Positions 16,610 through 23,465 of a stretch of 23,465 nt of DNA are shown piece after piece. The notes under the pieces are model-generated. The model was not told the origin of the DNA, ran no database searches, and was given only the letters and a program-made list of their open reading frames with translations. How positions within the stretch are numbered: position 1 is the stretch's first letter; every line of letters begins with the position of its first letter. The DNA is from Pseudomonadota bacterium (GTDB lineage: Bacteria; Bdellovibrionota_G; JALEGL01; DATDPG01), in contig JAZDIZ010000203.1 in assembly GCA_043804515.1 (NCBI GenBank), positions 1 through 23,465 on the forward strand, in the 5' to 3' direction. Made by a program: the position numbers and the translations under genes.

Positions 16610-16651
16610 CCTGGATTTTGAAGTGTGCGGAATCGCAGCAAACATCTCCCA

Positions 16652-16679
16652 TTGACTCGGGATCGCTGCGGACTAGAAT
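16652..16679 (+). promoter_or_regulatory. Sigma-70 promoter of the putative 6S RNA
   Basis: TTGACT-N16-TAGAAT, ending 7 nt before the 5' end of the closing stem. Confidence 0.65.
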
Positions 16680-16686
16680 GAAATTC

Positions 16687-16867
16687 GTCCCTCTGTGTTG
16701 TGCGTGTAGGGTACTGACGTTTTTACCCTAACGAAGTGTTTAATGGGATTCGTCCCTTACCGTGGAGCGCATGCCTGGCGCGATCAGGAAGCCGGAAGCG
16801 GTAATTACGAAACCCCCCTTAGATTTGAGGGTTAAAACACTACACCCCACGGCAACGGCAGAGGGAC
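16687..16867 (+). ncRNA. ssrS: Probable 6S RNA
   Basis: 181-nt rod. 5' GTCCCTCTG pairs with 3' CAGAGGGAC, and GTGTAG with CTACAC. A/U-rich central bubble, apical GCATGCC...GGAAGCC segment like other 6S RNAs, upstream promoter and downstream T-rich tract. Confidence 0.78.
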
Positions 16868-16894
16868 TTTCCTTTTTGCGCTTACATGTTTACG

Positions 16895-16981
16895 GGCCGT
16901 CGGGTTGTGCACCCCCACGGCTGCAGGTTTTCGCCGCGGGGACCCCCAACCCGCCGGCCGGAAGCTCTTGGTAAGGGTGCA
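16895..16981. other. GC-rich structured intergenic element (long hairpin; REP-like or unknown RNA)
   Basis: 16895-16907 pairs with 16947-16959 (12/13). 16913-16921 pairs with 16933-16941 (8/9). TGCACCC 16908-16914 is complementary to GGGTGCA 16975-16981. Confidence 0.5.
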
Positions 16982-17018
16982 TTTCCTCGCATTCGGATGG
17001 AAAATCCGGACGAAGAGA

Positions 17019-17432
17019 TCAAGGCGTGTCGCTCAGCCTGCGCGCGGCGACCAAGCGCACGGAACCCAGCACGTTTCCGGGTTTCAGATCGATCAGGTCG
17101 ACGTCCAGGCCATCCTTAAGCCACCGATTCATCTTCAGGCCCGTATCCAGAGACCGGACCCTGAGGATATAGCGGGCCACATGCGTCGGAACTTCGGAGT
17201 CGGCCAGCCTCAGCGCAATAATGCGGTACGGAGGGGCGACGCTCTCCTGCGTGGCCCCAACCGCCATGCCCACACGCCGATACTCCAGGTTCTGGCGGAA
17301 CTCCTCCACGTGCTGCCAAGCGCTCTCCGCATGCGGGACGGAGCCGGGCCCCAGGCTGGAATAAAAAAACAGCGTTCCCCCCGCCACAAATGTAAGGATC
17401 AGAATCCAGAAAATACCGGGAATGTCTCTCAC
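17019..17432 (-). CDS. Hypothetical protein with N-terminal membrane anchor
   Basis: GTG start, hydrophobic IFWILILTFVAGGTLFFY segment, fills the gap between flanking features. Confidence 0.6.
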   Translation of the reverse strand: MRDIPGIFWILILTFVAGGTLFFYSSLGPGSVPHAESAWQHVEEFRQNLEYRRVGMAVGATQESVAPPYRIIALRLADSEVPTHVARYILRVRSLDTGLKMNRWLKDGLDVDLIDLKPGNVLGSVRLVAARRLSDTP

Positions 17433-17572
17433 CGCGCGCGCTCTAGATGTTCCCTTGCTATCGCATTCCCGGCCGAAAGTTCAAGCGCTTTCGTAGGCCA
17501 CGCCCCCTGGTTGCATGTGGACCCGCGTCCTGCGGCCTAAAACGCAAACTTTTGTACCGGTCGGGGCGTAAG

Positions 17573-17602
17573 TTCACGAAGCCGCTTCGAATGTGGTATA
17601 AT
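17573..17602 (+). promoter_or_regulatory. Sigma-70 extended -10 promoter of the minor pilin operon
   Basis: TTCACG-N18-TATAAT with TG-n-TATAAT. Confidence 0.6.
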
Positions 17603-17666
17603 TTCCTTGAATCAGACATCATTTTCAAAAACAGGCTTTGCCTGTGTACGATTCGTGTTCCTAAAA

Positions 17667-18167
17667 ATGGCTCGTTTTCTAAAAATACGACGTCTCGCGG
17701 CCGGCTTCACGATGGTGGAACTCATCATCGCTCTCGTGATCGTGGCGATCCTGTGCACGGTCACCGTCGTCACGCTCTCCGGCCTTCAAAAGAAGGACGA
17801 TGTCGATCGAGCCACACAGATGATTTACGACGATCTGATCTTCATCCGAAGCCAGGCAATTTCGCTCAACAGCGACCACCGCATCAATTTTTTGAGCACG
17901 ACGCAATGGAGGATCGAGGCGTATAACAGCGCCACTTCCACATGGAATGCCACCAGTGCGACGCGTTCCATGCCGACAAACACGTACCTCACCAGCGACT
18001 CGGCCGCCAACGCGTCCACTAATCTGAATGCGACCCCCAGGGGTTTGTTCACTTTCTTAAACGGCGCCCAGGGATTACCCTATGTGTCGATCACGGCGTT
18101 GGGTGTGTCGAAGATCAAGAACATCAACGTGGCTGTGGGAGGCGCGGTTGAAATTAAGACACTATAA
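17667..18167 (+). CDS. Type IV minor pilin, FimT/FimU/GspH-like
   Basis: Class III signal peptide G|FTMVELIIALVIVAIL; IRSQAIS helix and TPRG motif typical of FimT/GspH. Confidence 0.85.
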   Translation: MARFLKIRRLAAGFTMVELIIALVIVAILCTVTVVTLSGLQKKDDVDRATQMIYDDLIFIRSQAISLNSDHRINFLSTTQWRIEAYNSATSTWNATSATRSMPTNTYLTSDSAANASTNLNATPRGLFTFLNGAQGLPYVSITALGVSKIKNINVAVGGAVEIKTL

Positions 18168-18774
18168 GATCCCTGTCGCGGGATTTTCACTTACGGAGTT
18201 GTTGGTCGTCCTGATCATCTCCGCTCTTTTGGTGTCGGGCCTCTTTATGTTCCTGAAGAAACAGCGTGGATCCTCCGTCCAACAGAGGCTGATCGCGGAC
18301 ACGGAGTCGCTCGCGCAGATCGCGTTTTTCATCATCGGCCGCGACATACGGAGGGCCGGCTCGAACCCCGCGGGCGTCCTGGGTTCCGCGCCGGGAACGG
18401 ACTTGGCCATCCCGCTTGCCGCGGCGAACCAAATCGAGCTCAAGGCCGACTTGAGCGGAGACGGAATCATCGATCCTGCGCTGGACGAGGACATCACATA
18501 TTCCTACACCGACAGCGATATGGACGGGATTCCTGACCAAGTGGTCCGTCAGGCCGGACCGGGAAGCAGCCTCGTCATTAAGGACATTCGCGCGTTCGAT
18601 TTGAGTTACCAATTGGTGGGAACCAACGTCTTTGTCAGCAGCACGAACTCGCCGTCTCTGATCCGCGTCGTCCGCCTCCACATGAAAGCCGGAACGGGGA
18701 GAATCGACCCCGATACCGGACGTGAACACCAGAAGGAAGTCCAGATGGACTTCATGCTCCGGAATTTCCGTTAA
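18148..18774 (+). CDS. Type IV minor pilin, PilW-like
   Basis: TTG start after GGAGG; G|FSLTELLVVLII; RDIRRAG motif; ADLSGDG and DSDMDGIPD Asp-rich loops. Confidence 0.85.
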   Translation: MKLRHYKIPVAGFSLTELLVVLIISALLVSGLFMFLKKQRGSSVQQRLIADTESLAQIAFFIIGRDIRRAGSNPAGVLGSAPGTDLAIPLAAANQIELKADLSGDGIIDPALDEDITYSYTDSDMDGIPDQVVRQAGPGSSLVIKDIRAFDLSYQLVGTNVFVSSTNSPSLIRVVRLHMKAGTGRIDPDTGREHQKEVQMDFMLRNFR

Positions 18775-18792
18775 GCAACGAAGGAGGACGTC

Positions 18793-19992
18793 ATGAGAAA
18801 CTTTAGGACACATTCGGGTGAAAACGGCTTCATTATCGCCCTTGCGCTGATCGCCATCCTGGTCATGAGTTTCTTCCTTTTGAGCGGCACGATTTCCACG
18901 ACCACGGCCGTCAAAGTGAGCGGGAACTATTCCAGGTCCGTCAAGGCTTTCAACATCGCCGAAGCGGGTCTGGCCAAGGCCCGCCCTTTGATCGAGAACC
19001 AGGCCTTCAACACCCTCCTTGCGAATTACCAAACCGTGGATCTGATCGCACCAACGGCGTTTCAGGGGGGCACGTACGAGGTCAAACTGGCGAACGATCC
19101 GACAGACCCCGGCGGCTCATTGAGCGACACGAACCACATCATCAAGGTGACATCGATCGGCCAAGTTCCCCAAGGGGGCAAGGTCACGATCGACACGTAC
19201 GTTCAGCTCATCACGACCGGCTCCGTGAATTTTCCTCCCGCGCCCCCGGGAGTCGGGGAGTCCGCCGGCCTCATGTGCGGTGTCCGATCGGACATCAATA
19301 CTCAGGGAGCCTCCACCATTGACGGGGACAATTACGGTTCCGTGGCCGACCTCCAGGCCCTGATTCCGTGCACGGGGAGCGGTTGCGATCTCGGCCAGAT
19401 CGGGGCGAACTCCTATGACATCGTCGCCGAAGGGCCCGTGAGTTGGGGCAGCGGTGGGCGCGTGATGGATAATCTCGGAGCCAGCTCCGGATGCGCGGAG
19501 TGGAGGACGCTCTACAACCAGCTTTCATCGTTCAACTCGAATGCTCCCGGCGTCGTCATTCTCTCCGGAACCGGCTACGCGGGCGGGTGGAATTCGTGCG
19601 CCACGCCCAAGGTGTACATCATCAATACCACGTCCCCCACGTTCACATTTTCGGGGAATGTGGGGCTCTGCGGCACATTCGTGGTCGCGACGAACACCAG
19701 CATCGTCATGAACGGCACCGTGACGTTGGTCGGCTTGGTCCTTATGATGGGAAACGACTCCAACCTCTCGTACTCGGGGCTGGGCGGCACTTCGAACATT
19801 TACGGGAAGATCGTGTTCAATTCCACGGCCGTGGACTCGCAAAAAGAGCTCGCAATGAAAGGGAATGCGAGTTTGGATTTCAGCGCCGCGGGAGTGGGAT
19901 TCGCCCTGCAAGCGATCAACGACGCCAACAACGGAGGCGGGGCCGGAGGAAGCGGTACGCTTCTCACGGCCGCCTGGAATGAATCGTACTGA
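18793..19992 (+). CDS. PilX-like minor pilin with extended Gly/Ser/Asn-rich C-terminal domain
   Basis: G|FIIAL lacks Glu5 (PilX hallmark); AFNIAEAGL motif; VTSIG; AGGAGG SD. Confidence 0.85.
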   Translation: MRNFRTHSGENGFIIALALIAILVMSFFLLSGTISTTTAVKVSGNYSRSVKAFNIAEAGLAKARPLIENQAFNTLLANYQTVDLIAPTAFQGGTYEVKLANDPTDPGGSLSDTNHIIKVTSIGQVPQGGKVTIDTYVQLITTGSVNFPPAPPGVGESAGLMCGVRSDINTQGASTIDGDNYGSVADLQALIPCTGSGCDLGQIGANSYDIVAEGPVSWGSGGRVMDNLGASSGCAEWRTLYNQLSSFNSNAPGVVILSGTGYAGGWNSCATPKVYIINTTSPTFTFSGNVGLCGTFVVATNTSIVMNGTVTLVGLVLMMGNDSNLSYSGLGGTSNIYGKIVFNSTAVDSQKELAMKGNASLDFSAAGVGFALQAINDANNGGGAGGSGTLLTAAWNESY

Positions 19993-20791
19993 CCGCGGAT
20001 TCACGGTTCTCGAAATCATTCTGGCCACAGCGCTGGTTCTTCTGGTCGTCACGAGTTGGGGTGCCGTGCACCGCCGGCATCGGGAAGCCCGGGCTTTGAA
20101 CGAATGCGAGGCGCGCCGTTGGCAGTGGACGAATCTCTCGCAGGACATCGAGTGGAGGCTGAGACAATGGGAAATCCTGGCCGGGCCGTGCATCCAAGCC
20201 GGATTCGTGCCCGTCGGGTCGGGCAAGGCCGCCGACAGTACCGACCTCGTGGAGGTGAAATCGGCCCGCCCCCTTTTGGAGGCCGCGAGCTCCTCGAATC
20301 CCTTATTTCTCCCTCTCCGGTCTGACTTCGTCATCAACCAAGGGATACTTGTCTGTGCGGACGAAGGTGTGGCGCCGGGCAAAATTACCGAGGTGTACCC
20401 CGAGTCCGCGAACCATTCCGTCGTGCACGTCGCCCTGAACACCGAGGACGGGGTTGCAAGGAGCTTTTCACAGGGGACTCTCCTCACCGCCGTCACGGAG
20501 TCACGGTACGACATGGAGCCGAGCGGCAAGCCCCCGGAGAAGATTCTTTACGAGAAAAGGTCCGGCCAAGGCCGGGCCCCGGTCTTGACCGCTTTTGAAC
20601 ACTTCAAGTTGGAGGGAACGGCGGATCGGGAAAATTCCGTTGCTAACGTGGCCATGGCATTTTCCGCGGGGCGGTGCCGGATGGCGCGGGAATTCCCGAT
20701 TGTGGGAAGTTCCACGGCCGAGGCCGCGGGGCGATGGTGGTTGCGGGGCGAGGATTTGGTTTTTGAACCTTGGACGGCGGCCAAGTTGTAG
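19979..20791 (+). CDS. Second, divergent PilW-like prepilin
   Basis: MNRTDRG|FTVLEIILATALVLLVV; start overlaps the PilX stop region. Confidence 0.72.
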   Translation: MNRTDRGFTVLEIILATALVLLVVTSWGAVHRRHREARALNECEARRWQWTNLSQDIEWRLRQWEILAGPCIQAGFVPVGSGKAADSTDLVEVKSARPLLEAASSSNPLFLPLRSDFVINQGILVCADEGVAPGKITEVYPESANHSVVHVALNTEDGVARSFSQGTLLTAVTESRYDMEPSGKPPEKILYEKRSGQGRAPVLTAFEHFKLEGTADRENSVANVAMAFSAGRCRMAREFPIVGSSTAEAAGRWWLRGEDLVFEPWTAAKL

Positions 20792-20822
20792 GCCGGTCCT
20801 TTAGAGGATTGAGGAGGTCTTC

Positions 20823-21344
20823 ATGATGTGGCGCAGAAGGAAAAGTATCGTAAATCCCAGGCAACAGATGTGGTTCGGTCTGGAGGTCGTCGTCATCGCG
20901 ATCGCTTTCAATGTGCTCTGCGGTTTCCTGCTCTTCATCCCCCCCATGAGCGACCTGTGGGGCGATCCGGGTCAAACCGCCAGGGTCTACCGTTCGCTCA
21001 CGGAGGTGGTTCTGTTGAAATGGCCGCTCGTGATGCTGGCGCTTCTGGTCATGTGGGCGTTTGGTGTCCTCATGAGCAATCGCCTGGCCGGCCCCCTGAT
21101 CGGCCTGGAACGGGTTTTGCGCGCGTGGCGGGCCGGAGACCGGACCGCCCGGGTCCGTTTCCGGAAATACGACTACCTTCTTCCCGTGAAGGACTCGCTC
21201 AACGCGACGTTGGACCAACAGGAGGCGCTCCTCAAACAGGCCGGAGAACTCGCCGACGGGATCGAAAAAGCGAGCTCGGATCCGGCAGTTCGCGCCAAAG
21301 TCACCGAACTCAAATCGCTTCTGGGCCCGAAAGCAAATTCGTGA
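20823..21344 (+). CDS. Small 2-TM HAMP-domain membrane protein with no output domain
   Basis: RRRKSIVNPRQQ N-terminus, two TM helices, SNRLAGPL...AGD....RFRKYD HAMP-like segment, short coiled tail; GAGGAGG SD. Confidence 0.8.
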   Translation: MMWRRRKSIVNPRQQMWFGLEVVVIAIAFNVLCGFLLFIPPMSDLWGDPGQTARVYRSLTEVVLLKWPLVMLALLVMWAFGVLMSNRLAGPLIGLERVLRAWRAGDRTARVRFRKYDYLLPVKDSLNATLDQQEALLKQAGELADGIEKASSDPAVRAKVTELKSLLGPKANS

Positions 21345-21352
21345 GGATAGGC

Positions 21353-21904
21353 ATGACCGGAAGACGGCTCCGCCCCGAAAGGGGCTTCACGATGGTGGAA
21401 ATGATGGTGGGGATGATCATCTTCATTGTGGGCCTTGTGGGCTTCGCCGGGATGGTGGGGATGCAGGCCCAGGGGAATCGCATGGCCCAAGGGGCGGATG
21501 ACAGCGCCACGCTTCTCCAATCGGCGATCGAGGACATGACCAACGTCACATGGGCGGATCTGGGAAACGACGCCGGCCTTCCGACGGTGAACGGCCTGAC
21601 CAACGCCGGAGTCTGGACGGAAGGGCCCCTCAACGTCATCGGCGAGGTGATCGGGACCGGCACGGGTCCTTACACTTACTACCGGAGCATCGTGATCTGT
21701 ACATTCGGGGACACAACCGCCGCCGGCGCCACGCCGACGTACTGCGGATCCTCGATCGGAGGAACCAACCGTCCCCCGGAATTGGCGTGCGACACACTCG
21801 GTTTGAACAGCCGCGAGAAAATGATCCGCGTCCTGGTGTCCTGGACCGACCGGAACGGGAAATGCCACTATAAGGCGGCCGACTCGCTGGCGTTCCAGTG
21901 GTAG
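21353..21904 (+). CDS. Type IV minor pilin, PilV-like
   Basis: MTGRRLRPERG|FTMVEMMVGMIIFIVGLVG; C-terminal IRVLVSW; four Cys. Confidence 0.85.
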   Translation: MTGRRLRPERGFTMVEMMVGMIIFIVGLVGFAGMVGMQAQGNRMAQGADDSATLLQSAIEDMTNVTWADLGNDAGLPTVNGLTNAGVWTEGPLNVIGEVIGTGTGPYTYYRSIVICTFGDTTAAGATPTYCGSSIGGTNRPPELACDTLGLNSREKMIRVLVSWTDRNGKCHYKAADSLAFQW

Positions 21905-21920
21905 CGTAGCCGCGCTTTTC

Positions 21921-21949
21921 TTGTCGTCCCGCCAGCGGCGTGTCACGAT
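21921..21949 (+). promoter_or_regulatory. Putative leaderless promoter of acyltransferase gene
   Basis: TTGTCG-N17-CACGAT with TG extension, then 6 nt, then GTG 21956; no SD. Confidence 0.45.
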
Positions 21950-21955
21950 TCCACC

Positions 21956-22477
21956 GTGCGCAAATTTCAGAGCCACGGCGACGGCACATTCAAGCGATCT
22001 CAATTTCTCTCGATCGGGAGCCACGTGGTTTTCGAAAAAGGCGTACGGGCCTGGCATCCCGCGACGATCTCGATCGGAGAGAATGTGTACGTGGGCCACA
22101 ACGCGTACCTCAAGAGTTACCACGCCGGCGAGTTGAAGATCGGCGATGACACGTGGATCGGACAGGACGTCTTTCTGCACGCGGCGGGCGGAATATTCAT
22201 AGGAAAACGCGTGGGAATCGGCCCGCGCGTCTTAATATTCACTTCATTTCATAAGGAGAGCGGCCGGGACAGGGCGATCCTGGATTCACCTCTGGCGTTC
22301 GAACCGGTTCATATCGGGGATGATTGCGATATCGGAATCGGTGCGACCGTTCTTCCGGGGATCCGGATCGGGAAAGGAGCACAAATCGGCGCCGGAGCGG
22401 TCGTCACCAAGGACGTGTCCCCCTACTCCGTCGTGGCGGGGAACCCCGCCCGAGTCATCAAGAAAAGGCCTACTTAG
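21956..22477 (+). CDS. Hexapeptide-repeat (left-handed beta-helix) O-acyltransferase, maltose acetyltransferase-like
   Basis: IGENVYVG, IGDDTWIG, IGKRVGIGP, PVHIGDDCDIG, IGAGAVVTKDV...VVAGNPARVI. Confidence 0.92.
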   Translation: MRKFQSHGDGTFKRSQFLSIGSHVVFEKGVRAWHPATISIGENVYVGHNAYLKSYHAGELKIGDDTWIGQDVFLHAAGGIFIGKRVGIGPRVLIFTSFHKESGRDRAILDSPLAFEPVHIGDDCDIGIGATVLPGIRIGKGAQIGAGAVVTKDVSPYSVVAGNPARVIKKRPT

Positions 22478-22664
22478 GCTTTTTCTCTTTGTCTTCCTTC
22501 TTCTTTTTCTCGAGGCGCTCCAGCGCTTCCACAACGCGCCTTCCGGATTTGCCCAGGGTTTTCATCGCATGCTGTTTCGCCAGATCGATGTTCTCCGTGG
22601 GCAACTCATCGTCGCCCAAAAAGTGACTCAAGGTTTTGCTGTCGATGTCTTTGGCTTTGGCCAT
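22470..22664 (-). CDS. Small Lys-rich hypothetical protein (64 aa)
   Basis: GGGAG SD before ATG 22664; MAKAKDIDSKTL...ERLEKKKKEDKEKKPK. Confidence 0.65.
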   Translation of the reverse strand: MAKAKDIDSKTLSHFLGDDELPTENIDLAKQHAMKTLGKSGRRVVEALERLEKKKKEDKEKKPK

Positions 22665-22822
22665 CAAACTCCCTTCCCGAACGCCTATTGTGCGGGAAAG
22701 CAAGGGCATATGGCAAGAGATCAAAATATGGTGATTGAGCCTCGAGTCTGCGCGTCGTGTCGTCAGGGAGGTCCGCGGTGCCGGGGTCCGGATTCCGTGC
22801 CCCGCACTAAAGGAAAGAAATA

Positions 22823-23464
22823 TCAGCGTCGGCGATACCCCAGCAGACGCCAAAGATCCTCCTCCGAAGGAACTCCCACGCTTGTGAGGTACTCCGCCAG
22901 CCGCAGCCTCTTATCTTTCTCGCCGCGCGCCAAACACTCGATGACGTTATTGAGAAGTCTCGACCCATACTTCAGCCAAGATACGGCGTTCCGAAGCGCC
23001 TCGATCCGCGTTCCGAGGTCGTCGAGCTGGTGGTTTCCAGAGGCCTGATCAATTTCTTCTCGAAGGGATGCTATTAGTTGCTCGTCGATTTTGGGCGCAT
23101 CAGCCGCAAGGATCTTGCGAAGCTCCTGTTTCCTCTGAGCTTCTTCCGCCTCTCGCGCTTCCCGAGCCGTCGCCGAAGCTCTTCGTCGGACTGCGCTGCT
23201 TGCCACCGCGATCTGGCCCCTGATCGTTTCACAATCGGTTTGAAGCTCGTGGAGGTTTTGTGCGGTGAGAATGCGGGTTATCCACGCGCTTGATTTTTCA
23301 GGCGGCAGTTCGTTCTGTCCCATTAACAACTCTATGCCTTGGGCGCGGGCAATTTCGATCATGAGCTTCGGGCCAAGGTCGTCAAGCCCTTCCAAGGGGG
23401 TGGCGTTCACTTGGTCGATCAAGTGTTTTCTCGCCGACTCGGAAAGACCCGTTGCAATGTCGAT
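22823..23464 (-). CDS. Hypothetical alpha-helical protein (partial, N-terminus beyond right edge)
   Basis: Frame stays open from the window edge (IDIATGLSESARKHLIDQV...) to the stop at 22823; coiled-coil-like charged segments. Confidence 0.65.
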   Translation of the reverse strand: MDIATGLSESARKHLIDQVNATPLEGLDDLGPKLMIEIARAQGIELLMGQNELPPEKSSAWITRILTAQNLHELQTDCETIRGQIAVASSAVRRRASATAREAREAEEAQRKQELRKILAADAPKIDEQLIASLREEIDQASGNHQLDDLGTRIEALRNAVSWLKYGSRLLNNVIECLARGEKDKRLRLAEYLTSVGVPSEEDLWRLLGYRRR

Positions 23465-23465
23465 T

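Noticed and set aside
17460..17580. c-di-GMP-I riboswitch upstream of the pilin operon (GGCCTAAA, ACGCAAA fragments)
   Set aside because: Fragments are in the wrong order, the two-hairpin architecture is absent, and the region lies upstream of the predicted promoter.

Overview
GC-rich bacterial chromosomal window; gene content suggests a deltaproteobacteria-like lineage (Myxococcota/Bdellovibrionota-type; inference). Left arm, minus strand: partial mutS, a rhomboid protease, a compact bacterial microcompartment (BMC) operon, dCTP deaminase, a stand-alone MshEN protein, three hypothetical envelope proteins (two with sigma-54-type promoters). The BMC operon has BMC-T(dp), BMC-H, three BMC-P and an aldehyde dehydrogenase with an encapsulation peptide, but no signature enzyme; its shell proteins resemble those of Haliangium ochraceum. 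Middle, plus strand: an ilvC-like gene with panB, coaX, coaBC and panC, in which a divergent IlvC sits where panE would be expected. Next come a PilZ protein, an M50 site-2 protease, a probable 6S RNA missed by the ORF track and a GC-rich structured element. Right arm: a type IV minor pilin cluster (FimT, PilW, long PilX, second PilW-like, HAMP-only membrane protein, PilV), a hexapeptide acyltransferase and two hypotheticals. Non-coding signals include a REP-like repeat cluster, an AT-rich palindrome and several promoters placed so as to imply leaderless mRNAs. All calls come from reading motifs by eye; no searches were run.
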